Shown: positions 18,093-25,407 of the stretch, piece after piece
Layout: every line of letters starts with the position of its first letter
Position numbering within the stretch: position 1 is the first letter of the stretch
NCBI GenBank assembly: GCA_947246685.1
Contig: CAMXSN010000001.1
Location: 139,361 to 203,360 of the forward strand
Direction of reading: 5' to 3'
DNA: 64,000 nucleotides
Source: an uncultured Clostridia bacterium
Lineage (GTDB): Bacteria; Bacillota; Clostridia; Christensenellales; UBA3700
Translations under genes and position numbers: made by a program
Notes under the pieces: generated by a model
What the model saw: the letters and a program-made list of their open reading frames with translations, nothing else
What the model was told of the DNA's origin: nothing
Database searches by the model: none

Positions 18093-18881
18093 TCATTGAT
18101 TTGCGGATTGCAAGAATTTCTCTAAGTGATCGTTGAATTCCTGCGGGGCATCCATATTTACGCAATGTCCTGCGTCTTTCAAAATTATTTTATCGCAATT
18201 TTCATATTCCGCCCATTCGTTTACGATTTCTATTTCCGTTGATATATCGTGTTCGCCGCAACCGACTAAGAGTTTATACTGCCGTTGCTTTTTGGGATAT
18301 TTGTTTACAAGTTTTTGCAAACTTGCCAAATATCTGAAAGAACTTTTTTTGAATTGTATATTAATATCATAAAACGCCTTCTGCGCTTCGTTAGTGTAGG
18401 CGGCGATTTTTTTGTTTGCTTTTGCAAACCACTTGATAGAAAACAATGCTTTTAGCATCATATTTATTTGTCCTTTTGAATTTGCCTTTTGCTTCTTGAT
18501 ATCGAAATTATTTATGTCGTATCCGCCGAAGCAAGCGAGCGAGAGAACTTTGTTTTCGTATTTGTTGGCAAAGTCTTGTATAAAAACCGAACCTAACGAT
18601 ACTCCGACGAAATGAGCGGCGGATATATCGTGTTTTTGAAAGATTTGATCTATCCAATCGGACATTCTTTCAATATTATCGCCGTTGCGGGTGTGAATTG
18701 AATTGCCGTGGCCTAAGATATCGATAGCGAGCAGATTGTATTTGCCGGAAAAGTATTGGAATTGTTTTTCAAACATTCTGTGATCAACGAATGCGGCGTG
18801 GACAAATACAAGCCATTCTTTGTTGGCGGTGCAGTCGATATAATAGGCAATAGGCGAATTATCAAGATATAAAGTTTCCAT
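18093..18881 (-). CDS. alpha/beta-fold hydrolase
   Basis: Nucleophile elbow GVSLG, C-terminal His context DAGHCVN, SD AGGAG upstream. Confidence 0.75.
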   Translation of the reverse strand: METLYLDNSPIAYYIDCTANKEWLVFVHAAFVDHRMFEKQFQYFSGKYNLLAIDILGHGNSIHTRNGDNIERMSDWIDQIFQKHDISAAHFVGVSLGSVFIQDFANKYENKVLSLACFGGYDINNFDIKKQKANSKGQINMMLKALFSIKWFAKANKKIAAYTNEAQKAFYDINIQFKKSSFRYLASLQKLVNKYPKKQRQYKLLVGCGEHDISTEIEIVNEWAEYENCDKIILKDAGHCVNMDAPQEFNDHLEKFLQSANQ

Positions 18882-19119
18882 TTTGCTCTCCTATATTTCT
18901 TAAAGTAACATCCTGTGTCAGTATTGTCAAGATAAAAGGTTAAAATAGCTTCGCAACAATATATTTATTCAGAAAAATCATGTTTTGTACACTCTTGAAC
19001 TTATAGGACTTTTGTTAAATTGCCGGAAGCTGCTAATTGCATTGAAACTATAAAGACAAATCTCTTTGTTAAATGATTTCTATGTGATATAATTATATTA
19101 TAAACGGTAATCCGGTGGA

Positions 19120-19593
19120 ATGATAATGGAAATAAAATTAATAAGAGCAGATGAGAGTCATGCCGAAGAAATTTGGAATATGCAAAAAGCGTCGTTCTAT
19201 AATTTATTGATTAAATATCGTGACTATGAAACTAATCCCGGTAATGAGCCTTTGGAAAAAGTCGTAAAGCGTTTGAAACAACCGTATACTTATTTTTATT
19301 TTATTAGCCTAAATAACAAAAATATCGGCGCAATTAGAATTGTAGATAAAAAGTCAAACACTGAGCCTAAACACATTTCTCCTATTTTTATTCTGCCCGA
19401 ATATCGTAATAAAGGTTATGCTCAGTCGGCTATTTTGCTCGCCGAAAAAATTCACGGCGCTTGCGGATGGGAAATCGATACTATCTTGCAGGAACGGGCA
19501 AATTGCCGTTTGTATGAAAAATTGGGGTATCGAAAAACAGATAAAATCAAAAATGTCAATTCTTTGATGTCTTTGATTTTTTATATAAAATAA
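19120..19593 (+). CDS. GNAT-family N-acetyltransferase
   Basis: 157 aa. Acetyl-CoA-binding motif RNKGYAQSAILLAE and C-terminal YEKLGY. The start could be ATG 19120 or ATG 19126. Confidence 0.7.
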   Translation: MIMEIKLIRADESHAEEIWNMQKASFYNLLIKYRDYETNPGNEPLEKVVKRLKQPYTYFYFISLNNKNIGAIRIVDKKSNTEPKHISPIFILPEYRNKGYAQSAILLAEKIHGACGWEIDTILQERANCRLYEKLGYRKTDKIKNVNSLMSLIFYIK

Positions 19594-19781
19594 TAGAAGT
19601 ATCATATTAACTGATTTTACAAAGATGCTTTTTGCGCAGTATAAAATTCTCATATGTTATTAGTATAACCGTGTTGAATAATCCGCTATCAAAAATTTTT
19701 ATATGTTTTAATTATTCAATTTAGTATAATATAAAAGTTTTATCCAATAAAAAATGTTGAAAAAAAATTTGCAAAAAACTA

Positions 19782-19812
19782 TTGACAAGCAATACTATGT
19801 AATGTATAGTAT
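19782..19812 (+). promoter_or_regulatory. sigma-A-type promoter of the PadR operon with an overlapping inverted repeat (candidate operator)
   Basis: TTGACA (19782-19787), 17-nt spacer, TATAGT (19805-19810). Inverted repeat ATACTAT (19792-19798) / ATAGTAT (19806-19812). TATGTAATG occurs twice. Confidence 0.5.
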
Positions 19813-19840
19813 TATGTAATGAAGGGTATTGGAGGTAGCC

Positions 19841-20146
19841 ATGGATTCCCAACTTAAAAAAGGGCTTTTGGAAGGCTGCGTATTGGCGGCGATCCGTGAC
19901 GAGGAATCTTACGGATATAAGATTATAGGGCAGTTGTCTCCGTTTATCGAAATATCGGAGTCCACGCTTTATCCGATATTGAAGCGGTTGGAGGCTTCAA
20001 AGCTTGTCAATACCCGCAATCGACTTTACAACGGTCGGTTAAGAAAATATTACAGCATTACGGAAAAAGGCAAGGTAAGACTTAGGGAGTTTTGCCGAGA
20101 TATGGATCAAATTATGGAAATATACCGCTTTTTGAGGAGAGGGTGA
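19841..20146 (+). CDS. PadR-family transcriptional regulator
   Basis: Winged-helix signature ESYGYKIIGQL...STLYPILKRLE. ATG at 19841 is preceded by GGAGG. Confidence 0.85.
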   Translation: MDSQLKKGLLEGCVLAAIRDEESYGYKIIGQLSPFIEISESTLYPILKRLEASKLVNTRNRLYNGRLRKYYSITEKGKVRLREFCRDMDQIMEIYRFLRRG

Positions 20147-20151
20147 ACTAT

Positions 20152-20763
20152 ATGAAAAAGAAAACTTGGTTTAATCAACTCGAATACGCTTTGAAGCGTA
20201 ACAGAATGGAAAAAGGCGAAAGGCGCGCCGTTATCAATTATTATAACGAGATGTTTCAGGATAAGCGCGACGACGGGCTTAGCGAAAATGAAATTTTGTC
20301 CGAATTCGGTTATCCCGAAGACGTAGCCAGAAGCGTCAGGGGCGCCGACAGCGAAAAACGAGTTGAAAAGGTCGCAAGAGTATACGATGCGGAAGAGACT
20401 TGCGAATATGTAAAATCGCGCGAATCAAATCAGCGCGTGCAAGTAAAGGAACAGGGAAAGCATAGGAACGTCGTTTTAATTATTTTGCTGTTGCCGTTGA
20501 CGCTTACGTTGGCGTTGTTGGGATTTGCGCTGTGGTTTACGATAATAATGTCGGGCGTTGCGGTGACATGCGCGGCTATAGCGTCGCTGATTTTCGGATT
20601 TTACTTAATGACGGAGAATATAGGAGTGCTGATAATGTCCGTAGGCGCGTGCTTGATGCTTTCGGCTATCGGAGGACTTATATGTTCTTTCGGCGGATTC
20701 CTTGCCAAATACTGGGGTAAATTTCTTAAATGGTGTTTTGTCGGTAAAGGAGAAAGAAGATGA
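20152..20763 (+). CDS. DUF1700-type membrane protein (PadR-associated)
   Basis: The N-terminal helical segment FNQLEYALKRNRMEKGERRAVINYYNEMFQD is typical of DUF1700. The C-terminal region is hydrophobic with multiple TM helices. It starts 6 nt after the PadR stop. Confidence 0.65.
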   Translation: MKKKTWFNQLEYALKRNRMEKGERRAVINYYNEMFQDKRDDGLSENEILSEFGYPEDVARSVRGADSEKRVEKVARVYDAEETCEYVKSRESNQRVQVKEQGKHRNVVLIILLLPLTLTLALLGFALWFTIIMSGVAVTCAAIASLIFGFYLMTENIGVLIMSVGACLMLSAIGGLICSFGGFLAKYWGKFLKWCFVGKGERR

Positions 20764-21716
20764 AGAAGTTTATACACGTTATAGTATTGGTCGTCGTGCT
20801 TGTCGTAGGGGCTTTTGTGAGCTTGGTGGGATATGGGATTTATTCCAGAAGCGACAATAAGTTCTTTTCCAAAGAGTTGGAATATACTCAGGTGTCGCAA
20901 GAGTTTGAAAATACTTTTAACACGATTGATTTGACTTTGACGGGCGATCATAAGCTCGTACTGCAACAGGGCGAAAAGTTTTCGGTCACTTACAGCGAAA
21001 GCAAATTCAACGAGTTTTCCGTCGAAGAAAAAAACGGCGTGCTTAAGCTGACGGAGTCGTCTGATTATATAGAATGGAAAAAATTTCTTTTCTATAAGAA
21101 AAAACAGACGGACGTAATAGTTACCGTTCCGCAAGACAGTCAAATAGCGTTGAAAGGCAACTTAATGGGAGTAGTAAGCGCGGAGTTACCTGATTGGCAG
21201 TATACGGATATAGATTTGAATATATGCGGAAGCGCAAAAATTACGGCGCCTCATATCAACGCATCCAAATTGGCTTTCAACGTTACCGGCGTTGCCGATA
21301 TCAAATTAAATTGCGATACCCAGACGGTAACGTTGCAGGGAATTGGCAGCATGGCGACGGAACTGTCGGGCAAGTGCGACAAGTTCAAAGTCGACGTGTC
21401 GGGAACAGCAGCTTTGAACGTTAGAGGTCTCGAATGCAATAGCGCGTTTATAGAAATATACGGAACCTCGGCATGCAATATGACGGGTAATGCAGAGGAG
21501 TTGACGGTAAACACAAGCGGCACCTGCAATTTAAGCGCAAAGGATTTTTCCGTCGGCAGAGTTACTTTATATTCTAGCGGAACGACTATGGCAAAAGTTT
21601 CCGTAACCGACGAACTTAATTTGAGCGGCGGCGGCACTTTGAACGTAGATTATTGGGGAGAGCCTCGCATAACCGATAGAGTAAGCGGCACCAAAAAAAT
21701 AAGAAAAATGAACTGA
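20760..21716 (+). CDS. membrane-anchored DUF2807/DUF4097 (putative adhesin, GIN-type beta-helix) protein
   Basis: N-terminal TM helix. The C-terminal part has repetitive beta-strand units (ITAPHINASKLAFNVTGVADIKL, VDVSGTAALNV, IEIYGTSACNM, VNTSGTCNLSA). The start overlaps the upstream stop by 4 nt. Confidence 0.6.
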   Translation: MKKFIHVIVLVVVLVVGAFVSLVGYGIYSRSDNKFFSKELEYTQVSQEFENTFNTIDLTLTGDHKLVLQQGEKFSVTYSESKFNEFSVEEKNGVLKLTESSDYIEWKKFLFYKKKQTDVIVTVPQDSQIALKGNLMGVVSAELPDWQYTDIDLNICGSAKITAPHINASKLAFNVTGVADIKLNCDTQTVTLQGIGSMATELSGKCDKFKVDVSGTAALNVRGLECNSAFIEIYGTSACNMTGNAEELTVNTSGTCNLSAKDFSVGRVTLYSSGTTMAKVSVTDELNLSGGGTLNVDYWGEPRITDRVSGTKKIRKMN

Positions 21717-21755
21717 AAACCAAATAACAATAATATATTTCTTACACACCCCTCG

Positions 21756-21788
21756 AGACAACGTCGTAATTTGCGGCGTTGTCTTTTG
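21756..21788 (+). terminator. intrinsic terminator after the PadR-DUF1700-DUF2807 operon
   Basis: AGACAACG ... CGTTGTCT stem followed by TTTTG. Confidence 0.6.
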
Positions 21789-21806
21789 TCAGACAAATTA
21801 TCTATA

Positions 21807-21835
21807 TTGACTTATAATCAAAAACAGGTTATATT
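21807..21835 (+). promoter_or_regulatory. sigma-A-type promoter for the two-gene membrane pair
   Basis: TTGACT (21807-21812), 17-nt spacer, TATATT (21830-21835). It follows the terminator at 21756-21788. Confidence 0.45.
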
Positions 21836-21852
21836 AATATAGGGGATAAATT

Positions 21853-22314
21853 ATGAAAGGGTTGGAATCACTGCAACTTAAAGACCGCGTCGGAGGGACC
21901 GCGCTGCGTATCGGTTGGTTGATAGGCATCGCCGCGTTTGTGCCGACTTTATTTTATATTCTGTACAGCGCAATGGGATATGCCAAATTGATATATTTTT
22001 CTGCGCTCATGCTCATTGTTCTGGCGACTTTTTTTCTGATACTTCTAAATGAAAATTTCAGAAAGGCATTCGAAGCAGAGGTGTCGGACATATTGCCTAT
22101 GGCGCAAAAAGTATTTGCCGCATACAATGCGATAATGCCTATCTTATTGATATTAGGCTTAACTTGCGCCGTGGTTTCAATAGTTTTCAGCGCAGGCAAC
22201 GGCAAGCAAACGCGCAGGCGCAGAGTATCGGCGGCTATGCTGATAATTTTCTTAGTCATATCGGCGGTGACGTATTACGTTGCAAAACCTAAATTGATTG
22301 GGGTGAGCGTATGA
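21853..22314 (+). CDS. hypothetical 4-TM membrane protein
   Basis: It has its own promoter and SD (AGGGGA). Four hydrophobic segments and an RRRR loop. No family recognised. Confidence 0.55.
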   Translation: MKGLESLQLKDRVGGTALRIGWLIGIAAFVPTLFYILYSAMGYAKLIYFSALMLIVLATFFLILLNENFRKAFEAEVSDILPMAQKVFAAYNAIMPILLILGLTCAVVSIVFSAGNGKQTRRRRVSAAMLIIFLVISAVTYYVAKPKLIGVSV

Positions 22315-22814
22315 AAGTCTATTTGATCAACAGAAAGGACGTAATAGTTTTCCAAGACGGCAAGGCGCTCAAAGTATTCAAAGAGAAGAAATACGAATAT
22401 GTCCTGCCAAAGGTCGGGGAAGATAATGAATTTGAGTTGAATTTTGTCAAAAAGTCCGAATTTTCCCGTCCGCTTTGGTGGTTGTACGCAGCGCTTTTTT
22501 GGATTATCGGAATAATGGGATTTTGTACTTCCGCATATTCAAAAAATACCGATTCATTGAATTGCTCGATGAAGTATACCGGCAGAGGAAATTCGCTGAG
22601 AGTAACTTTTTATCATTCCAATCCCAAGTATGCTTCGCAAGGCGCGGCGCTGACGGTTGACGAAGGGGAGCGAGTGCTGTTGCGCAACTGCTCGTACGTA
22701 GCCAATCCCAAAGCCCGCTCGAGAAAGAAAATTTATTCTTTGCTGTCGGGATTTGCGCGATTGGGAGTAATTATATTGATAATTTTTTTGGGAGTAAGCG
22801 CAATAACAGGTTAA
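22311..22814 (+). CDS. hypothetical 2-TM membrane protein
   Basis: ATGA overlap with the preceding gene suggests translational coupling. Soluble N-terminal ~55 aa, then TM, ~70 aa loop, then C-terminal TM. No family recognised. Confidence 0.5.
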   Translation: MKVYLINRKDVIVFQDGKALKVFKEKKYEYVLPKVGEDNEFELNFVKKSEFSRPLWWLYAALFWIIGIMGFCTSAYSKNTDSLNCSMKYTGRGNSLRVTFYHSNPKYASQGAALTVDEGERVLLRNCSYVANPKARSRKKIYSLLSGFARLGVIILIIFLGVSAITG

Positions 22815-22838
22815 CGATAGATATCGATATCGGCGTTG

Positions 22839-24062
22839 TCAAAACGCCCAGTTTCCGTTGCGGAAAATCTGTATTCGTTTTCCGCTTTTCGTTATACCAA
22901 CTATGTCCAAATCGTCGCAACCGAGCATAAAATCTACGTGTATCATGCTGTTGTTTACGCCCATTTCGTCAAAGTCTTTTTGGGTATATTTTCCATAATC
23001 TTTAATGCAGTTTGAAAATCCTCTGCCAAGCGCGAGGTGACAGCTTGCGTTTTCGTCAAAGAGAGTATTGTAGAAAAGTATTCCGCTGTTGTTGATGGGA
23101 GAATTTTGAGGTACTAGAGCGCATTCGCCTAGCATCTTTGCGCCCTCGTCCATAGATATCATCTGTTGGAGCAGTTGCTGATTTTTTTCGGCATATACTT
23201 TAGCGACCTTTCCGTTTTTGAATTCTATATGAAAATTCTCTATCAAAGCGCCTTGATAAGACAGCGGCTTCGTAGAGTATACGACGCCTTCCGCCGCGCC
23301 GGCTTTTGGGGTAGTGAAGACTTCTTCGCTGGGTATATTGGGGTTGAATTCCACGCCCTGCAAAGTTTTTTCACTGCCGGCAAGAAATTGCGCGTTCTCA
23401 AGCAATTCCACTCTGAGATCCGTGCCGTTGGACGATTTGTATTCCAAATATTTTAATCCTAAAGAGTTGAGGCGGTCGCACTTGGAGTGCAGATCTTTAT
23501 TGTGCCGCTCCCAATTTTGTATGGGAGTAGAATCCGCTCTCGAAGTATATAGGATAGCTTCCCACAGCTTTTCTACCGCCGAAGAAACTCTTTCGTTAGG
23601 GAAGACTTTTTTTGCCCATTCTTTGCCGGCTACGGCGGCAATGCACCACTGATATTTGTTGTCCATAGAGTCGATATAAGGCTTGCGTATCGGATACTTG
23701 GCTATCTTTTCCTGCGCAATCTTATCTTGTTTTGCATACTTGAGTCCGTCGGGATCTTCCGAATCCAGATAGATTCTTGCCGGAAGAATTTCCGCCTGAT
23801 ATTTCATTTTTTCCACTTGCCAGTTAGGCAACTCGTTCATTGCAGATTGAGTCATATATTTTGAATGCAATACGGTCAGCGGATCATGCTGCCAATCTAC
23901 GCTTACTCGTTTAGCGCCTGCCGCGTAGCATTCTTTTACGAGCATTTCCACAAATTTAGGCTGGTCGAGTTGGGCGGTTATCCACACTTCCTGTCCTTTC
24001 TGCACGTTGACGCCCTTTACTGCGATAAGTTTTGCATATTCTCTAAGAGTTGAAGTTTTCAT
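22839..24062 (-). CDS. M29-family aminopeptidase (AmpS/PepS-like)
   Basis: N-terminus YAKLIAVKGVNVQKGQEVWI is collinear with B. subtilis AmpS. 407 aa. SD GGGAG upstream. Confidence 0.85.
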   Translation of the reverse strand: MKTSTLREYAKLIAVKGVNVQKGQEVWITAQLDQPKFVEMLVKECYAAGAKRVSVDWQHDPLTVLHSKYMTQSAMNELPNWQVEKMKYQAEILPARIYLDSEDPDGLKYAKQDKIAQEKIAKYPIRKPYIDSMDNKYQWCIAAVAGKEWAKKVFPNERVSSAVEKLWEAILYTSRADSTPIQNWERHNKDLHSKCDRLNSLGLKYLEYKSSNGTDLRVELLENAQFLAGSEKTLQGVEFNPNIPSEEVFTTPKAGAAEGVVYSTKPLSYQGALIENFHIEFKNGKVAKVYAEKNQQLLQQMISMDEGAKMLGECALVPQNSPINNSGILFYNTLFDENASCHLALGRGFSNCIKDYGKYTQKDFDEMGVNNSMIHVDFMLGCDDLDIVGITKSGKRIQIFRNGNWAF

Positions 24063-24090
24063 AATCTTTCTCCCGTATTAGATTGTTATC

Positions 24091-24120
24091 ATTATAGCTT
24101 GATTTACACGCGCGTGTCAA
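24091..24120 (-). promoter_or_regulatory. sigma-A-type promoter of the M29 aminopeptidase gene
   Basis: On the minus strand: TTGACA (24120-24115), 18-nt spacer, TATAAT (24096-24091). Confidence 0.5.
24106..24117. repeat. perfect 12-bp palindrome ACACGCGCGTGT overlapping the -35 region of the aminopeptidase promoter
   Basis: Self-complementary. The flanks extend the symmetry imperfectly (ATTTACACGC / GCGTGTCAAAT). Confidence 0.75.
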
Positions 24121-24261
24121 ATTAATCTGATTGTCGTCGATCTTGTGTATAAACTTCGGCTTTGAACTTCGGCGGATAAATACGGTTAAAATCTACATAT
24201 TTTGGAAACGTGCAAGAGCATAAATAGCAAATGTCGGCATACAATACCTAATGAGGAAATT

Positions 24262-24975
24262 ATGTGGCAGAGCAGTGTATTAATTAGTTATTATCTCAAT
24301 AAAGACAACGTATTAAAAAAGGGTTTAGAAAGAATAGAAGGACTTTATTTTGCCGAAGGTTCGGAAGACGGATACTACACATACGACGTTGCGGCAAAAG
24401 AGTGCGACAAGAAGAGATGTCGCGCTGCGGTTAGAGATCTGATATCAGATATTATACTAAACAACGTCAAACTCGATTATATCGTGCAGGCTCTCAACGG
24501 CAGAGAGATTGACGCGTCGCTATGCGCTCTAATATCAGCTATGCTCTATTACGACAATCGCAAAGAAGAGGATTATGTCAAGAAGCAAGTGTCGTCTCTT
24601 AATAATTACTGCGTTGACGGAATAGTCAATTTTAGATTAAGAGAGCTTGTCGACGAGTGGAAAGAGCTCGGGGAGATTATTTCGGGAACTCTGTGCAAGG
24701 GATTCGGAGAAAAAGAAATTTATTCGTTGGCGCTGTATATGTTGGGGGAAAGAAAGAATATGAGTTTGTTCATAGCGGACAGCAACGAGATTCTCATAAC
24801 CAACGTGTCGCAGGGGGGATTGGTCAACGTGCCGGAGATATATTCGGACAAAATTCACAATATTATAAACGCTATCGTCAAGTACGGCGCGAGCGAAGTC
24901 GTCATAGAAAGAGGAAATGCGGACAAAGAATTGCTTAACGCGCTGAGAAATATAGTCGACGTAAAAATTTTGTGA
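24262..24975 (+). CDS. putative sporulation protein YtxC-like
   Basis: The call rests mainly on position immediately upstream of the thrS T-box, as in Bacillus ytxC-thrS, and on size. I prefer ATG 24262 (SD GAGG 5 nt upstream) over the TTG at 24202. Sequence-level recognition is weak. Confidence 0.4.
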   Translation: MWQSSVLISYYLNKDNVLKKGLERIEGLYFAEGSEDGYYTYDVAAKECDKKRCRAAVRDLISDIILNNVKLDYIVQALNGREIDASLCALISAMLYYDNRKEEDYVKKQVSSLNNYCVDGIVNFRLRELVDEWKELGEIISGTLCKGFGEKEIYSLALYMLGERKNMSLFIADSNEILITNVSQGGLVNVPEIYSDKIHNIINAIVKYGASEVVIERGNADKELLNALRNIVDVKIL

Positions 24976-25083
24976 AGACTATTTATTGTAGTCGGATAAA
25001 GTAATCTGCAAAAAAAGCCGCAATATATAGTATTTAGGCTGTGAAATGAGAAAATCAGGCAAAAAAATTGTGCTTATTTTGTC

Positions 25084-25112
25084 TTGACAAGGCAAAATCG
25101 GAAGATTATAAT
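25084..25112 (+). promoter_or_regulatory. consensus sigma-A promoter of the thrS leader
   Basis: TTGACA (25084-25089), 17-nt spacer, TATAAT (25107-25112). Confidence 0.65.
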
Positions 25113-25118
25113 AATGGT

Positions 25119-25355
25119 ACAATTTAATTGAAACGCATGATTTGCGTGCCTGAGGACATGTGATTTATAGGAAATCGCCACAGAGAGCGTCCGTTGCTGA
25201 GAGCGACGCGCGAGGATATAGGTCGTACCGCCTGAGGAAAAACACGTTGCCAAACGAATTGGTCTAATAGAGAGACGGCATTGCCGTAATTGAGGTGGAA
25301 CCGCGATTGATAATCGTCCTTAAAGCATTTTGCTTTGAGGATTTTTTATTTTTTG
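25119..25355 (+). promoter_or_regulatory. T-box leader (tRNA-Thr-responsive, specifier ACC) controlling thrS
   Basis: AGAGAG box at 25182-25187. Candidate specifier ACC at 25227-25229, followed by a purine. Conserved T-box sequence AATTGAGGTGGAACCGCG at 25288-25305. Terminator hairpin at 25317-25341 followed by two T6 runs. Confidence 0.88.
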
Positions 25356-25407
25356 GCGAACGTTAAGTATTGATAATAGTTAATAATATATTAAGATGAG
25401 GTGTAGT

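Noticed and set aside
20092-20151. The ORF-track start of the DUF1700 gene overlaps PadR by 55 nt.
   Set aside because: The ATG at 20152 gives the conserved DUF1700 N-terminus directly after the PadR stop. The upstream extension is just open frame.
22820-22831. A perfect 12-bp palindrome, GATATCGATATC, in the 24-nt gap between convergent genes.
   Set aside because: It is short, AT-rich and located where any small hairpin would simply aid termination. An adjacent GGCGTT-gtcaa-AACGCC stem supports that reading. There is no reason to invoke a specific site.
23978-23986. A perfect DnaA-box-like TTATCCACA.
   Set aside because: It is a single copy inside the aminopeptidase coding sequence, with no cluster and no AT-rich unwinding element. 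It is not an origin.
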